Shown here piece by piece: positions 34,701 through 43,700 of a stretch of DNA of 64,000 nucleotides. A program made the position numbers and the translations under genes. Position 1 is the stretch's first letter, and each line of letters starts with the position of its first letter. The notes beneath the pieces were generated by a model. The model did not search any database, was not told the DNA's origin, and saw nothing but the letters and a program-made list of their open reading frames with translations. Source of the DNA: a virus; IMG/VR virus record IMGVR_UViG_3300023184_000038, positions 1-64,000 of that record; one strand, written 5' to 3'.

Positions 34701-36683
34701 GTTAATAATCTTGGTACAAATACGGCCATAATCACTACAGGTAATATCTCTACAATCAATAGTGGATTAATGCAAAATGGTAATAGCAATATAACTCTTA
34801 CTGCTAATAGTAATGTTACTATATATGTCGCTGGTAATGCTAATGCTAGACTAACTGCCACATCAACTGGAATAGTTGCAAATGGTACTTTGTCGGTGTC
34901 AGGGAATATATCTGCTCCGTTTTTTAATGGCAATGTTCAAGGTAATATTTCGGGAAACTTTGCGGTAGCAGGTAGTAATACAGCGGTAATATTTAATTAT
35001 TCAGGAAATGCTAATGCTAGTGATGCTTTTAAATTTGATTATGCAGCAAATGTATTAACAGTAATAGGTAATATAGTTAGCAGCGGGGCTGGTAACGTTT
35101 TTTCTGGTAATGGTAGTGCATTAACTGCATTAAATGCTACTAATGTTTCTTCTGGTACTTTGGCTCAAGCAAGACTGGCTAATGCCAATGTAATATTAGG
35201 TAGTACCGCATTAACCTTGGGATCAACTGTTGTAAATGTTGCCGGATTAACTAGTGTTACTAGCACCACATTTACTAGTGATGTAGCAGTAGGTACTGCT
35301 CCGTTTATAGTAACAAGTACAACCCAAGTAGCAAACTTGAATGTAGCAACGGCGGGCTTAGCTACTTACGCATCTACAGCAAACGCAGTTGCCGGTGGTA
35401 ATGTATCCGGCGCGGTATCATACGCAACAACAGCAAACGCAGTTGCTGGTGCTAATGTATCCGGCACTGTCGCTAATGCAACTTTTGCTGTTAGTTCCGG
35501 AACTGCTGCGACTGTAACAGCCGCAGCACAACCAAATATCACTTCAACCGGTAATTTGAATAATGTAACTGTTATTAATAATGCAATTGGATATAATATT
35601 CAATTACCGGGTATTGTTGGAAGTGCTGCCACATATAGTAAACTAAAATCACTATCATCACGTGGCACATTAGCTGTACCAACACAGATACAGTCAGGCG
35701 ATATAGTATTAATTATAGCTGCTGAATCATATACAGGTTCAGCATTTACTGGTACCGGCACAATTCAAATTACAACCACTGACAATATTACCTCTGCAAA
35801 TAGGGGGTCTAAAATTGAATTTATTGGTATTCGATCAGGTAATGCTATTGGATATATAGCATCGTGGGATGGTGCTACATTACAAGTTGACGGCAACGTT
35901 GCCGCAAATGGAGTTTTTTCAGGTAACGGTAGTTCATTAACTGCACTAAATGCTAGTAATGTTTCTTCGGGTACTTTGCCTCAACCAAGACTTGCTAATG
36001 CCAATGTAATATTAGGTAACACAACATTAACTTTAGGTTCAACTGTTACTACAGTTGCCGGACTTACTAGTGTTACTAGTAACTCATTCGTAGGTACATT
36101 AACCGGCGCAGCAACCACAGCAGGTACTGTCACAGCTGCGGCACAAACAAATATCACAAGTGTAAGTTCATCATTTACTAGTCTTACATTTGCTAATGCA
36201 CAAACAATTAGTGGCAACAACATGACACTTACTGCTGGATCAAATGTACTACTTGGAACAATTACAGGTAACTGGTCATTAAGTGCCGGCTCAAGACTTA
36301 ATGCAACATATGCTGACTTAGCAGAATACTATGAAGCAGATGCTGTGTATGAGCCAGGAACTGTATTAGAGTTTGGCGGAGATAAAGAAGTTACTATTGC
36401 TGAAGATGGCACTATAAAAGTTGCAGGTGTAGTATCAACTAATCCTGCATACATAATGAATTCACTTTGCTTGGGAACGCATACTGTTGCAATTGCATTA
36501 CAGGGTCGTGTGCCAACTAAAGTTCGTGGAAAAATAAGTAAAGGTGATATGTTAATAAGTGGAGGAAATGGATTTGCTAGACCAACAAAAACATCTCCTA
36601 TGATGGGAACAGTTATCGGCAAAGCATTAGAAAACTTTGATGACGGTGAAGGTGTCATTGAAGTGGCAATCAGTAGAATGTAA
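31707..36683 (+). CDS. Long tail fibre/spike protein with 40-aa repeats and C-terminal autocleaving chaperone-like domain
   Basis: N-terminal LPQLDEAEFGWASDDKRLFIG, G/N/T/A-rich repeats, C-terminal ADLAEYY..PGTVL..GVVSTNPA..ALQGRVP. Confidence 0.85.
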   Translation: MAIVQISKIQVRSGSLVDLPQLDEAEFGWASDDKRLFIGKTTPNENVEVLTSYSQLNFSQIVGSYGNLDIANSVADGEILTFDGENWVNRGGSAGGLISLGDISNVQIDGGAIGYIMETDGAGNLAWTPKGTLYTAITNFYPTTFTGSIAETTINAGSFVIGRTYQIKTVGTTNFVTIGASASTVDVVFTATGVGDPTTTGTAYSTTLTVTAVSSGYIGVNSAIQTSGMTITSGTYVVSQITGTVGLVGTYYLNKHHTLSSTTIYGPLLMQVANTVPYTNGTEISISGVQGVSNATVNGLTFYLSITANYASSGNVALYTDFARILPTNGTAVTYTNAPNAIATAQIGSGSGGAGAIGGSNGMVQFNSSGIFNGDSGFTFNLTAPKTLTVDGNFNISNVQASNTISATQFISNIAIGTPPLVITSTTLVPNLYVARANVSDNDVVTTQTTGTFFPTFVNSSSTGNLAMGSNANLSFNAATGNLSTTLLNVTSNANVGNLGTAGLIVATGNITGGNLITAGFANIGTTLSVTGNANVGNLGTAGRIVATGNITGGNLITAGFANVGANANIGTTLSVTGNANVGNLGTAGLIVATGNITGGNLITAGFANVGTTLSVTGNANVGNLGTAGVIIATGNITGGNLITAGFANVGTTLSVTGNANVGNLGTAGVIIATGNITGGNLITAGFANIGTTLSVVGNANVGNLGTAGVIVATGNITGGNLITAGFANVGTTLSVTGNANVGNLGTAGLIVATGNITGGNLITAGLIVATGNITGGNLITAGFANVGTTLSVVGNANVGNLGTAGLIVVTGNITGGNLITAGFANVGTTLSVVGNANVGNLGTAGLIVATGNITGGNLITAGFANVGTTLSVTGNADVGNLGTAGLVVATGNITGGNLITAGFANVGTTLSVTGNANVGNLGTAGLIVATGNITGGNLITAGFANVGTTLSVTGNANVGNLGTAGLIVATGNITGGNLITAGFANVGTTLSVTGNANVNNLGTNTAIITTGNISTINSGLMQNGNSNITLTANSNVTIYVAGNANARLTATSTGIVANGTLSVSGNISAPFFNGNVQGNISGNFAVAGSNTAVIFNYSGNANASDAFKFDYAANVLTVIGNIVSSGAGNVFSGNGSALTALNATNVSSGTLAQARLANANVILGSTALTLGSTVVNVAGLTSVTSTTFTSDVAVGTAPFIVTSTTQVANLNVATAGLATYASTANAVAGGNVSGAVSYATTANAVAGANVSGTVANATFAVSSGTAATVTAAAQPNITSTGNLNNVTVINNAIGYNIQLPGIVGSAATYSKLKSLSSRGTLAVPTQIQSGDIVLIIAAESYTGSAFTGTGTIQITTTDNITSANRGSKIEFIGIRSGNAIGYIASWDGATLQVDGNVAANGVFSGNGSSLTALNASNVSSGTLPQPRLANANVILGNTTLTLGSTVTTVAGLTSVTSNSFVGTLTGAATTAGTVTAAAQTNITSVSSSFTSLTFANAQTISGNNMTLTAGSNVLLGTITGNWSLSAGSRLNATYADLAEYYEADAVYEPGTVLEFGGDKEVTIAEDGTIKVAGVVSTNPAYIMNSLCLGTHTVAIALQGRVPTKVRGKISKGDMLISGGNGFARPTKTSPMMGTVIGKALENFDDGEGVIEVAISRM
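33181..34715 (+). repeat. ~120-bp coding tandem repeat, about 12-13 units
   Basis: GNANVGNLGTAGLIVATGNITGGNLITAGFANVGTTLSVT repeated with mostly synonymous variation. Confidence 0.92.
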
Positions 36684-36708
36684 TAAATATAATAATAGGA
36701 ATAATAAA

Positions 36709-37263
36709 ATGGCATCATACGCATACACAGCAAATAGCGCAACAGCAGCAGCATCAGCAAATATTGCAACAGATAAAGCAAGAATCAGTACCTCTAATGT
36801 AGCAATACAATTTACTACTAGTTTTCCCAATGTAGCAGTAACCGGTACAGTAACCGCAGCAACCACTAGTGCTACTATTACAGGCTCTGGCACAACATTT
36901 AATACTCAATTAGGTGTTGGCTATTGGGTAGGAAACACAACTGGGGCTACAGTAGGTATTGTTTCTGCAATTGCAAACAATACTAGTTTAACTTTGGTTG
37001 CAAATGCTGCTGTGGCAATTTCTGCTGCCAGTCTTAGATACAATCCATATGGTGTAGCATATACTATTGCAACTGCTAATAGTACTCAAATTCCACAAGG
37101 CACGTCAGTTGATGTTATAGTTGGGCAAGGTAATATAGTATCTTATTTAAGTTTAGCAAGTGCAAATACTTTATTTACCATTACTGAACTTGGTATGCCA
37201 CATGCAAACTCGGGTACTAGCGGAATTAATCCTACTCCTGCCCTTGGCGGGCCAACCGTATAA
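36709..37263 (+). CDS. Putative virion structural protein
   Basis: Ala/Thr-rich, AGGA SD before MASY. Confidence 0.7.
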   Translation: MASYAYTANSATAAASANIATDKARISTSNVAIQFTTSFPNVAVTGTVTAATTSATITGSGTTFNTQLGVGYWVGNTTGATVGIVSAIANNTSLTLVANAAVAISAASLRYNPYGVAYTIATANSTQIPQGTSVDVIVGQGNIVSYLSLASANTLFTITELGMPHANSGTSGINPTPALGGPTV

Positions 37264-38363
37264 CCTCATAAATTAACTATTACAGTATTAAAAAACACTG
37301 CGGTATTTAACTGCGGTGTTGATATAAAATGTTAAATATCACATAACAAGGATTATACTATGCCGGGTGGAATTACATTAAACGGTGGGGTTTCTTTTTC
37401 AGGTGGATTTACTTTTACAGAGGCACCCTCAGAAAACACAGCGGCTTGGTTTGGCGGTGGCTACAATGTTAGTAATGTCACTGTTTCAACAGTAGACCGA
37501 ATAACATTTGCAACCGATACCGCAACCGCTACTACACGTGGTCCACTTAGTTCAGTAAGGAAATCCTTGGCTGCTGCAGGTAATACAACTGATGGCTGGT
37601 TTGGCGGCTCATATGGAGGTGGATCAAGAGTAGACCGAATTACATATGCAACTGATACCGATACCGCTTCAGTGCGTGGTCCACTTAGCCAAGGTAGATA
37701 TATGTTGGCTGCTGCAGCTAATACGACTGATGGCTGGTTTGGTGGTGGGCAAGGACCCCAGTCATCAGTACAACGAATCATATTTGCAACTGATACTGCA
37801 ACCGCTTCGTTACGTGGCCCACTTAGTCAGGCTAGATATATGTTGACTGCGGCAGGTAATAGTGATTATGGCTGGTTTGGTGGCGGGGCAACGCCGGGCG
37901 ACAGTTCAAGAGTAGACCGAATCACATATGCAACCGATACCGATACCGCTAGTGTTCGTGGTCCCCTAAGTGTGGCTAGATATCGTCTAGCTGCGGCAGG
38001 TAATACTACTGATGGCTGGTTTGCAGCTGGAATTGGCATGTCAACTGTAGACCGAATAACATATGCAACCGATACTGCAACAGCCAGTGTACGTGGTCCA
38101 CTTAGTGCAGGAAAACAGTATTTAGCTGCTGCAGGTAATTCTACTAATGGCTGGTTTGGCGGTAGTTATCCCCCAAATTCAACCGTAGACCGAATAACAT
38201 ATGCAACCGATACTAATACCGCTTCAGTTCGTGGTCCACTTAGTGGCCCAAGAAACCAGATGGGCGCCGCCGGCGGTATACAATAATAACTATAACATAA
38301 CATGCAGTGGTAAATTTACCAGACGGTAGCCTGTATTGAGCCAACCGTATAACCCCATAAATT
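37251..38363 (+). repeat. 24-bp direct repeat flanking the propeller gene
   Basis: gccaaccgtataacc(t/c)cataaatt at 37251-37274 and 38340-38363. Confidence 0.8.
37360..38286 (+). CDS. Six-repeat (Kelch-like beta-propeller) protein
   Basis: 6 x ~45 aa GWFGG..S.VDRITYATDT.TASVRGPLS..R..LAAAGN. Confidence 0.82.
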   Translation: MPGGITLNGGVSFSGGFTFTEAPSENTAAWFGGGYNVSNVTVSTVDRITFATDTATATTRGPLSSVRKSLAAAGNTTDGWFGGSYGGGSRVDRITYATDTDTASVRGPLSQGRYMLAAAANTTDGWFGGGQGPQSSVQRIIFATDTATASLRGPLSQARYMLTAAGNSDYGWFGGGATPGDSSRVDRITYATDTDTASVRGPLSVARYRLAAAGNTTDGWFAAGIGMSTVDRITYATDTATASVRGPLSAGKQYLAAAGNSTNGWFGGSYPPNSTVDRITYATDTNTASVRGPLSGPRNQMGAAGGIQ

Positions 38364-38462
38364 TTAGTAATTGATAAATAGTTAATACATTCTCATACTG
38401 AGAATTTATGCTGTAACCCACAGCGTAGGCCTAGAACGCCTTATAAACATAAAGGAAAAAAA

Positions 38463-39680
38463 ATGGGACGCCCTCTAAAAATAGCAAAAGCACAAGCAGT
38501 ATTAACATTAACTGACACCGTGGCGGCAACTGATGTAATAACAGTTTCTGGAAGTTTAACAACAGCCGGAGTAATTGCCGGTATGCCTTTTATACCAGCA
38601 ACTACTGTAGGTGGTTTAACAGGCGGTACTACTTATTATGTACTAACTGTATTATCAGCAACCACATTTACCGCATCGGCTACTGAATTAAGTGCTAACA
38701 CTTCACAAACAGTAGTACCATTATCTGATACAACAGCACAAACCGTTAAATTAACAGTTGGTTTAGTTGACTCAGGATTTAATAATCCACTTGGAGCTTC
38801 ATATGGCGTTGTGGGCGGAAATACAAATCTATACGGAAAACAAATTTTATGTAATGTTGCAATAGGTCAATCTGGTACAGGCACTATCTATACTTCCAAT
38901 GCAGATTCTAATATCTACGGTGTTGGAACAGATTTTGCAAACACCCTAGCTTCAGGGTCTGCTATTCAAGTATTGACTGCAAATGTCAATGGCTCAACTA
39001 ATGCTACTACTATTGGATTTACTAATAGTACAGGTGGATATGTAACTGTAACAACTGCTAACGTAAAAGCAACTGGCGACTTTATTAGAACAAGTGCAGG
39101 AAACTGTTCTAATCTAGTATCTGGAGCACCAATTGTATTTTCTGCAAGTGTGGGTCCGTTAGTTGCCGGTACAGTATATTTTGCTAAAACATTAACTAAT
39201 GCTACTGCGTTTACAGTATCTACTACATCAGGTGGTGCAAATATTGATATTTCAGCAGACGCAGCCTTTATTGGTAGTGGCACACAAGATATTGCTACCA
39301 TGGTAAGTGTTACCGCTGATTATGCAAATGTGTCTTATGTATTTTCTACTGCTGAGCCAGGATATATCACTCGTCAAAAGGGTAAAACAAAATATCTTGT
39401 GACAGGAAATACCACATCAATAACAAATGCATGTTACACTGCAAATGTGGCAAATGCTGCATTAACTGCTAATACATTTAATATATTATCTACAAATGCG
39501 GCCTCTGGAACAAAATTCGTTCAATCCGTAAATGATTATCAATCTATTGTATTTGGTGTTGATATGGCTGCTAATGGTCTTGCTACCGGAAATCCTGGCA
39601 TTATTGGCACATTTAATACAGCATATGCGGCTAATACAGAAATAGGTGATAAGCCAGTTGTAGTAATCAGTAACACCTAA
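38463..39680 (+). CDS. Putative virion structural protein
   Basis: MGRPLK start, T/A/G-rich, late promoter, strong SD. Confidence 0.72.
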   Translation: MGRPLKIAKAQAVLTLTDTVAATDVITVSGSLTTAGVIAGMPFIPATTVGGLTGGTTYYVLTVLSATTFTASATELSANTSQTVVPLSDTTAQTVKLTVGLVDSGFNNPLGASYGVVGGNTNLYGKQILCNVAIGQSGTGTIYTSNADSNIYGVGTDFANTLASGSAIQVLTANVNGSTNATTIGFTNSTGGYVTVTTANVKATGDFIRTSAGNCSNLVSGAPIVFSASVGPLVAGTVYFAKTLTNATAFTVSTTSGGANIDISADAAFIGSGTQDIATMVSVTADYANVSYVFSTAEPGYITRQKGKTKYLVTGNTTSITNACYTANVANAALTANTFNILSTNAASGTKFVQSVNDYQSIVFGVDMAANGLATGNPGIIGTFNTAYAANTEIGDKPVVVISNT

Positions 39681-39690
39681 TAGGTAAATT

Positions 39691-39993
39691 ATGGCTGCTG
39701 CACAATTAAATACCACTGAAAAAGATGTTGCTGTATTACAAACAGAAATTAAGTATATCAATGACAGCATTGATGAACTTAAAATCAGCGTAAAAGAAGT
39801 ACATGATTGTATACATAAAAATTCAGTAGAAACTCATCTTATGCTAAAAGAACTGCATGAGGCTGGAGATAGGGCTCATCTAGCCCTATCTTCTAAAATT
39901 TCCAGTTTAGAAAAATGGCGATGGACAATGATGGGAGCGGGTCTGGTAGTAGGGTCTTTAGGATTTGATGCGATAGCAAAACTACTAAAATAA
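39691..39993 (+). CDS. Coiled-coil protein with C-terminal transmembrane segment
   Basis: LEKWRWTMMGAGLVVGSLG. Confidence 0.7.
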   Translation: MAAAQLNTTEKDVAVLQTEIKYINDSIDELKISVKEVHDCIHKNSVETHLMLKELHEAGDRAHLALSSKISSLEKWRWTMMGAGLVVGSLGFDAIAKLLK

Positions 39994-40021
39994 AAAAAGA
40001 GAGACTTAGGTCTCTTTTTTT
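39992..40021. terminator. Bidirectional terminator
   Basis: A run-gagac-ttag-gtctc-T run between convergent genes. Confidence 0.7.
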
Positions 40022-40422
40022 GTTAATGCCATTAATTTAGATTGTACTACATCAAAGTTTACTGTACTGAATAATCCCGGATGAAGTGGCTTTGGATATT
40101 GATTATCACCCACCCAAGCATATCCACAATGTTCATCATTTAATAACGGGACAAATTCTTCAACAACTTCGCAAAAAAATGTATGATATATAAATGTTTT
40201 ATTAACAAATTTTTGTATAGGGATTAATTTTGCAGCCTTAGGAAAAAATCCAATTTCTTCAAGACATTCTCTTTCAATGCCTTGCAGCAAAGTTTCATGT
40301 TTTTCTATTCTACCTCCGGGTATTCCCCAATTGCCCGGATTCCTAGAATCGGTTCGTAATAAATATAGATGACGATTTGTTTTATTGCTATAAAAAAACA
40401 CTCCGGCTGAAGTATTGCTCAT
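40006..40422 (-). CDS. NUDIX hydrolase
   Basis: WGIPGGRIEKHETLLQGIERECLEEIG. Confidence 0.9.
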   Translation of the reverse strand: MSNTSAGVFFYSNKTNRHLYLLRTDSRNPGNWGIPGGRIEKHETLLQGIERECLEEIGFFPKAAKLIPIQKFVNKTFIYHTFFCEVVEEFVPLLNDEHCGYAWVGDNQYPKPLHPGLFSTVNFDVVQSKLMALTKKET

Positions 40423-40454
40423 ACTATAATTTATCAATAGTATTCGCTTACTAA

Positions 40455-41831
40455 TTAAATAACTATAGAATAGTCACCCTGGTCGTACCAGCCTTCAAAA
40501 CTTTTCATCCAAACAGTATCATCAACATTATAACGATATTGTACATTAGTTGTAAGATTGGTTACATATTGCACTGTGGTGGCAGCACTACTATCAAATG
40601 ATACTGTCCATAAATTAGTTGAAGAGGAATATTGAATTATATCATTTGCATTGGCAATTAAATTACCCCATGCTACTGTCGTGTTATTTGCATGTCCAAT
40701 ATTTTCTACAATCAAATATCTTCTACCATTAATTGCGCCCGGTAAACCTGAATTTGGTCCGGTTAATAACGGATTAATTACACTATCAACTGGATTTAAT
40801 GTATTTTGTGGCAAGGTATCAGTATCAATATTATAAATTAATAGTCTATCATCTACTGGATCAGGTACAATTGTCCCGATAATTTCAGTATCCATATATG
40901 GATTTTGTAACCAAATTTGACTTATACCCGGGCGTATAGTACCATATACATTTAATAAACTTGACCAATATAATGATGTATTGGGATTTGGAGGTAAGTC
41001 TAAATCAATATTACTAGGATAAAAATCTTGATTAGCCGGTAATAATTGTAAAGAATTTCCAATTAATAATAATTTATATCCATATGGTGTTATTTTTTGT
41101 CTAGTTCCTAATAATAAGTCATCATCTTGTATATCACTAAGAGCATTACCTTTAAAAATAGATGCAATTATTTTTTCAACTACTCCTAGTTTTTTCAATT
41201 TAGAAGCAGTGCTTATCCAAATTGGTATATAAAATTTCCAACTCAATACATCAATGGGATTTCCTGAACCTTGGGGAATACTGCGACTACTAAAAGTTAA
41301 TCCATCTTGATATACTACACTTAAACTGGTCCAATCAATAAAATTGTCAGTACTTTGAATTTCTAATGAGGGATTAAACAAAGTACCCAATTGCTCTATT
41401 AATTCTAATTTTTGATTGTAATTTGTAGTCCACATATCTACTGTAATACGTAAAGTATACGGCACTGGCATTAATCTTTCAACAGTAAATGCTTGTCCTT
41501 GCGTTTGTTCATATGCCAATGTTTCACTATTGTATGTTCTTTGTCTAACATTAATTCTATCTACAAATGTAGGATCCTGTGTTCTTCGTTGATCATATTC
41601 TAATCCTGTAATATAATATGTAATTAACGGAGCACTTGGTAAATTACTAGCACTATTGTTAGCAATAATAGTAGCAGCTTGCCGACTACTATCACCATAC
41701 ATAACCGGTACTCGTACTAATATTGGATGTCCGGCAGGGTCTTTACCTTTAGTAACTTGCCAATTTGAAAATATTTTAGCAAATTGAATTAAAAATCTGC
41801 GTATCTGATTATCAGAAAAGTATTGTGCCAT
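40455..41831 (-). CDS. Tail sheath stabilizer/terminator (T4 gp15-like) with C-terminal extension
   Basis: QIRRFLIQF..VPVMYG..MPVPY.L...QKLELIEQL..FNP. Confidence 0.75.
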   Translation of the reverse strand: MAQYFSDNQIRRFLIQFAKIFSNWQVTKGKDPAGHPILVRVPVMYGDSSRQAATIIANNSASNLPSAPLITYYITGLEYDQRRTQDPTFVDRINVRQRTYNSETLAYEQTQGQAFTVERLMPVPYTLRITVDMWTTNYNQKLELIEQLGTLFNPSLEIQSTDNFIDWTSLSVVYQDGLTFSSRSIPQGSGNPIDVLSWKFYIPIWISTASKLKKLGVVEKIIASIFKGNALSDIQDDDLLLGTRQKITPYGYKLLLIGNSLQLLPANQDFYPSNIDLDLPPNPNTSLYWSSLLNVYGTIRPGISQIWLQNPYMDTEIIGTIVPDPVDDRLLIYNIDTDTLPQNTLNPVDSVINPLLTGPNSGLPGAINGRRYLIVENIGHANNTTVAWGNLIANANDIIQYSSSTNLWTVSFDSSAATTVQYVTNLTTNVQYRYNVDDTVWMKSFEGWYDQGDYSIVI

Positions 41832-41834
41832 AAA

Positions 41835-43544
41835 TTAGTAGATAGGTAAAATAGGATCTGGCGAAAGTTGCAAAATAGATGACAAAGGTTGACTTTGAGA
41901 AACAAATGTACCGTCTGTTAATTGCGTCTGTGCCGTGTTATTAATAAATTGTGATTGCAATGATTGATCAGCATCTGTATATCCAGTTTGTGTTCTAACA
42001 TTTGCTGAGATTCGTATCCACAATGCGCCGTCCCATCTGTAAAGTAATTGCGGAAGATAGTCAATTCGCAAAAAGTAATCACCCACTTGCGGATTTGCAG
42101 GAAAACTTATACCAGCACCTGTTGGAAATCCATTTGGCGCCTCACCTGAGCCTGACATATATCCTGCACTATAACCAAATGACCTAGGACTTGCTCTAGA
42201 TATATATTGATATGCTGGGTCACAGTCTGCTCTAAAATTCATTTGAGTAGATATTGTTCCTGTAAATCCCGTCAATGTTGGGTTTTGGTCTGCTGTTGCG
42301 TAAGTATTGTCAGCAGTGCCATATGGTCCAGTTATTACTCCCTGAGACCTAGCAACAAGAATTTTATCTCCGGAAATTGGACCGGATCCACTACCTATTA
42401 CTTCGGCAGGTAATTCCATACTTTCTAAACTCATCGTAACAAAGGCATCAATCGCATCACAATTCATATCAGCCGTCATATCCCATATACTTTTTAATGA
42501 TGTTTTTGATATTCTAATTACGGGACTAGCATTTTTATAGTTTGGATTTCTTCGCATTTGAATAGTTCCGGACACTACGACCGGTGCACCGGCTGAAGTA
42601 GTATTAACATTAATGGGCGGAGCAGGTTGTCTAAGTTTGCGAGAAAATATACCATTTTCTGAAAATTCACCATACGTTGGCACAATATATAAATCACTTG
42701 TGTCATATCCCGTCTTAGGTAAAATCCTTGCTGCTTCATTTAATGCAGCGTTGTTGACATTAATATTTTTATTATATGTTGCAAGTATATCTTTTAAATT
42801 ATCTGCGGTATCTAATTCCCAATATAATGCGTTTGGTGGAGCAATTCCGATAGGAACATCTATTTTTGAAAGATAATTTTTATCACCATATGAAATCACA
42901 TAGCCAGCAGCATACACTTTTGTACTATCCCAAATTCCAAGATAATTATCCATATTAATTGGAGCATCAAGAATCTGACTAAATTCTTCACTATCAACCA
43001 ATGGTTCACATTTAATACGCCATAGATGGGGGAACCAAGTTGGACTAAATCCTTCACTAGCATAATTACCATCAGTAACTTGCATAAATCGTTTTAACGC
43101 AACCGGAATAGTTTCTTCCAGAGGATTATAATCTAACATATGCGGCAATTCAATAACATCACCTACCATTAATTTCCTACCCAATAAATCAATCATATCA
43201 TTATAATGTATTGTAATGAATACAATATCATTATTTAAAAATAATCCAAATTGACTTAAATCAAAATCTAAATTTTGTACATTATAATGTCCACGCAATC
43301 TATATATATCAGGGTCATATGAACGGTCTCTATTTTCTAAAAATAGTAAATCTTGAATATTATTGGGATTTAGTGAATTATATTCCGGTTGAGTATAATC
43401 AGTAGAGGCACCCTGATTAGTAGGACCCAAATATTTATGAACATATAAATCAGTTGATCCAACCGTAAACATTTCTGATATTGTTTTATCAAAAAATTTA
43501 TAATCATTAGATTTGGTAGGACGATATAGACTTAAGCGAGGAAT
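41835..43544 (-). CDS. Putative neck/head-closure protein (gp14-like), probable ATT start
   Basis: IQDLLFLENRDR..FDLSQFGLFL..GRKLMVGDVIELP. Frame stays open upstream to GGGAG-N7-ATT CCT CGC TTA (PRLSLYRP). Confidence 0.7.
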   Translation of the reverse strand: MPRLSLYRPTKSNDYKFFDKTISEMFTVGSTDLYVHKYLGPTNQGASTDYTQPEYNSLNPNNIQDLLFLENRDRSYDPDIYRLRGHYNVQNLDFDLSQFGLFLNNDIVFITIHYNDMIDLLGRKLMVGDVIELPHMLDYNPLEETIPVALKRFMQVTDGNYASEGFSPTWFPHLWRIKCEPLVDSEEFSQILDAPINMDNYLGIWDSTKVYAAGYVISYGDKNYLSKIDVPIGIAPPNALYWELDTADNLKDILATYNKNINVNNAALNEAARILPKTGYDTSDLYIVPTYGEFSENGIFSRKLRQPAPPINVNTTSAGAPVVVSGTIQMRRNPNYKNASPVIRISKTSLKSIWDMTADMNCDAIDAFVTMSLESMELPAEVIGSGSGPISGDKILVARSQGVITGPYGTADNTYATADQNPTLTGFTGTISTQMNFRADCDPAYQYISRASPRSFGYSAGYMSGSGEAPNGFPTGAGISFPANPQVGDYFLRIDYLPQLLYRWDGALWIRISANVRTQTGYTDADQSLQSQFINNTAQTQLTDGTFVSQSQPLSSILQLSPDPILPIY

Positions 43545-43642
43545 TTTAGTTCTCCCTGTGCAAGTTTATTCTGAAGGAATTTAAATAAAGGTAGCATATT
43601 GTTATTTATCGTTTTATGAATAACCGTTGTTAGTTTATAAGG

Positions 43643-43671
43643 TTGACATTAAATACAGTATATGTTATAAT
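43643..43671 (+). promoter_or_regulatory. sigma70-type early promoter
   Basis: TTGACATTAAAT..TATAAT, same family as the 15.3-16.2 kb promoters. Confidence 0.8.
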
Positions 43672-43700
43672 TACATGTAAATTTAACAGTAGGATATAAT

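Noticed and set aside
33181-34715. CRISPR-like appearance of the tandem repeats
   Set aside because: In-frame coding repeats without unique spacers, and no cas operon. The PD-(D/E)XK nuclease at 30977 is a common stand-alone phage exonuclease.
32741-34933. 730-aa minus-strand ORF
   Set aside because: Antisense shadow of the repetitive fibre gene. The same applies to 56110..56757, 63431..63979 and other short antisense ORFs.
37360-38286. Diversity-generating retroelement target
   Set aside because: No reverse transcriptase or non-coding template repeat in the window, and repeat differences are not adenine-specific
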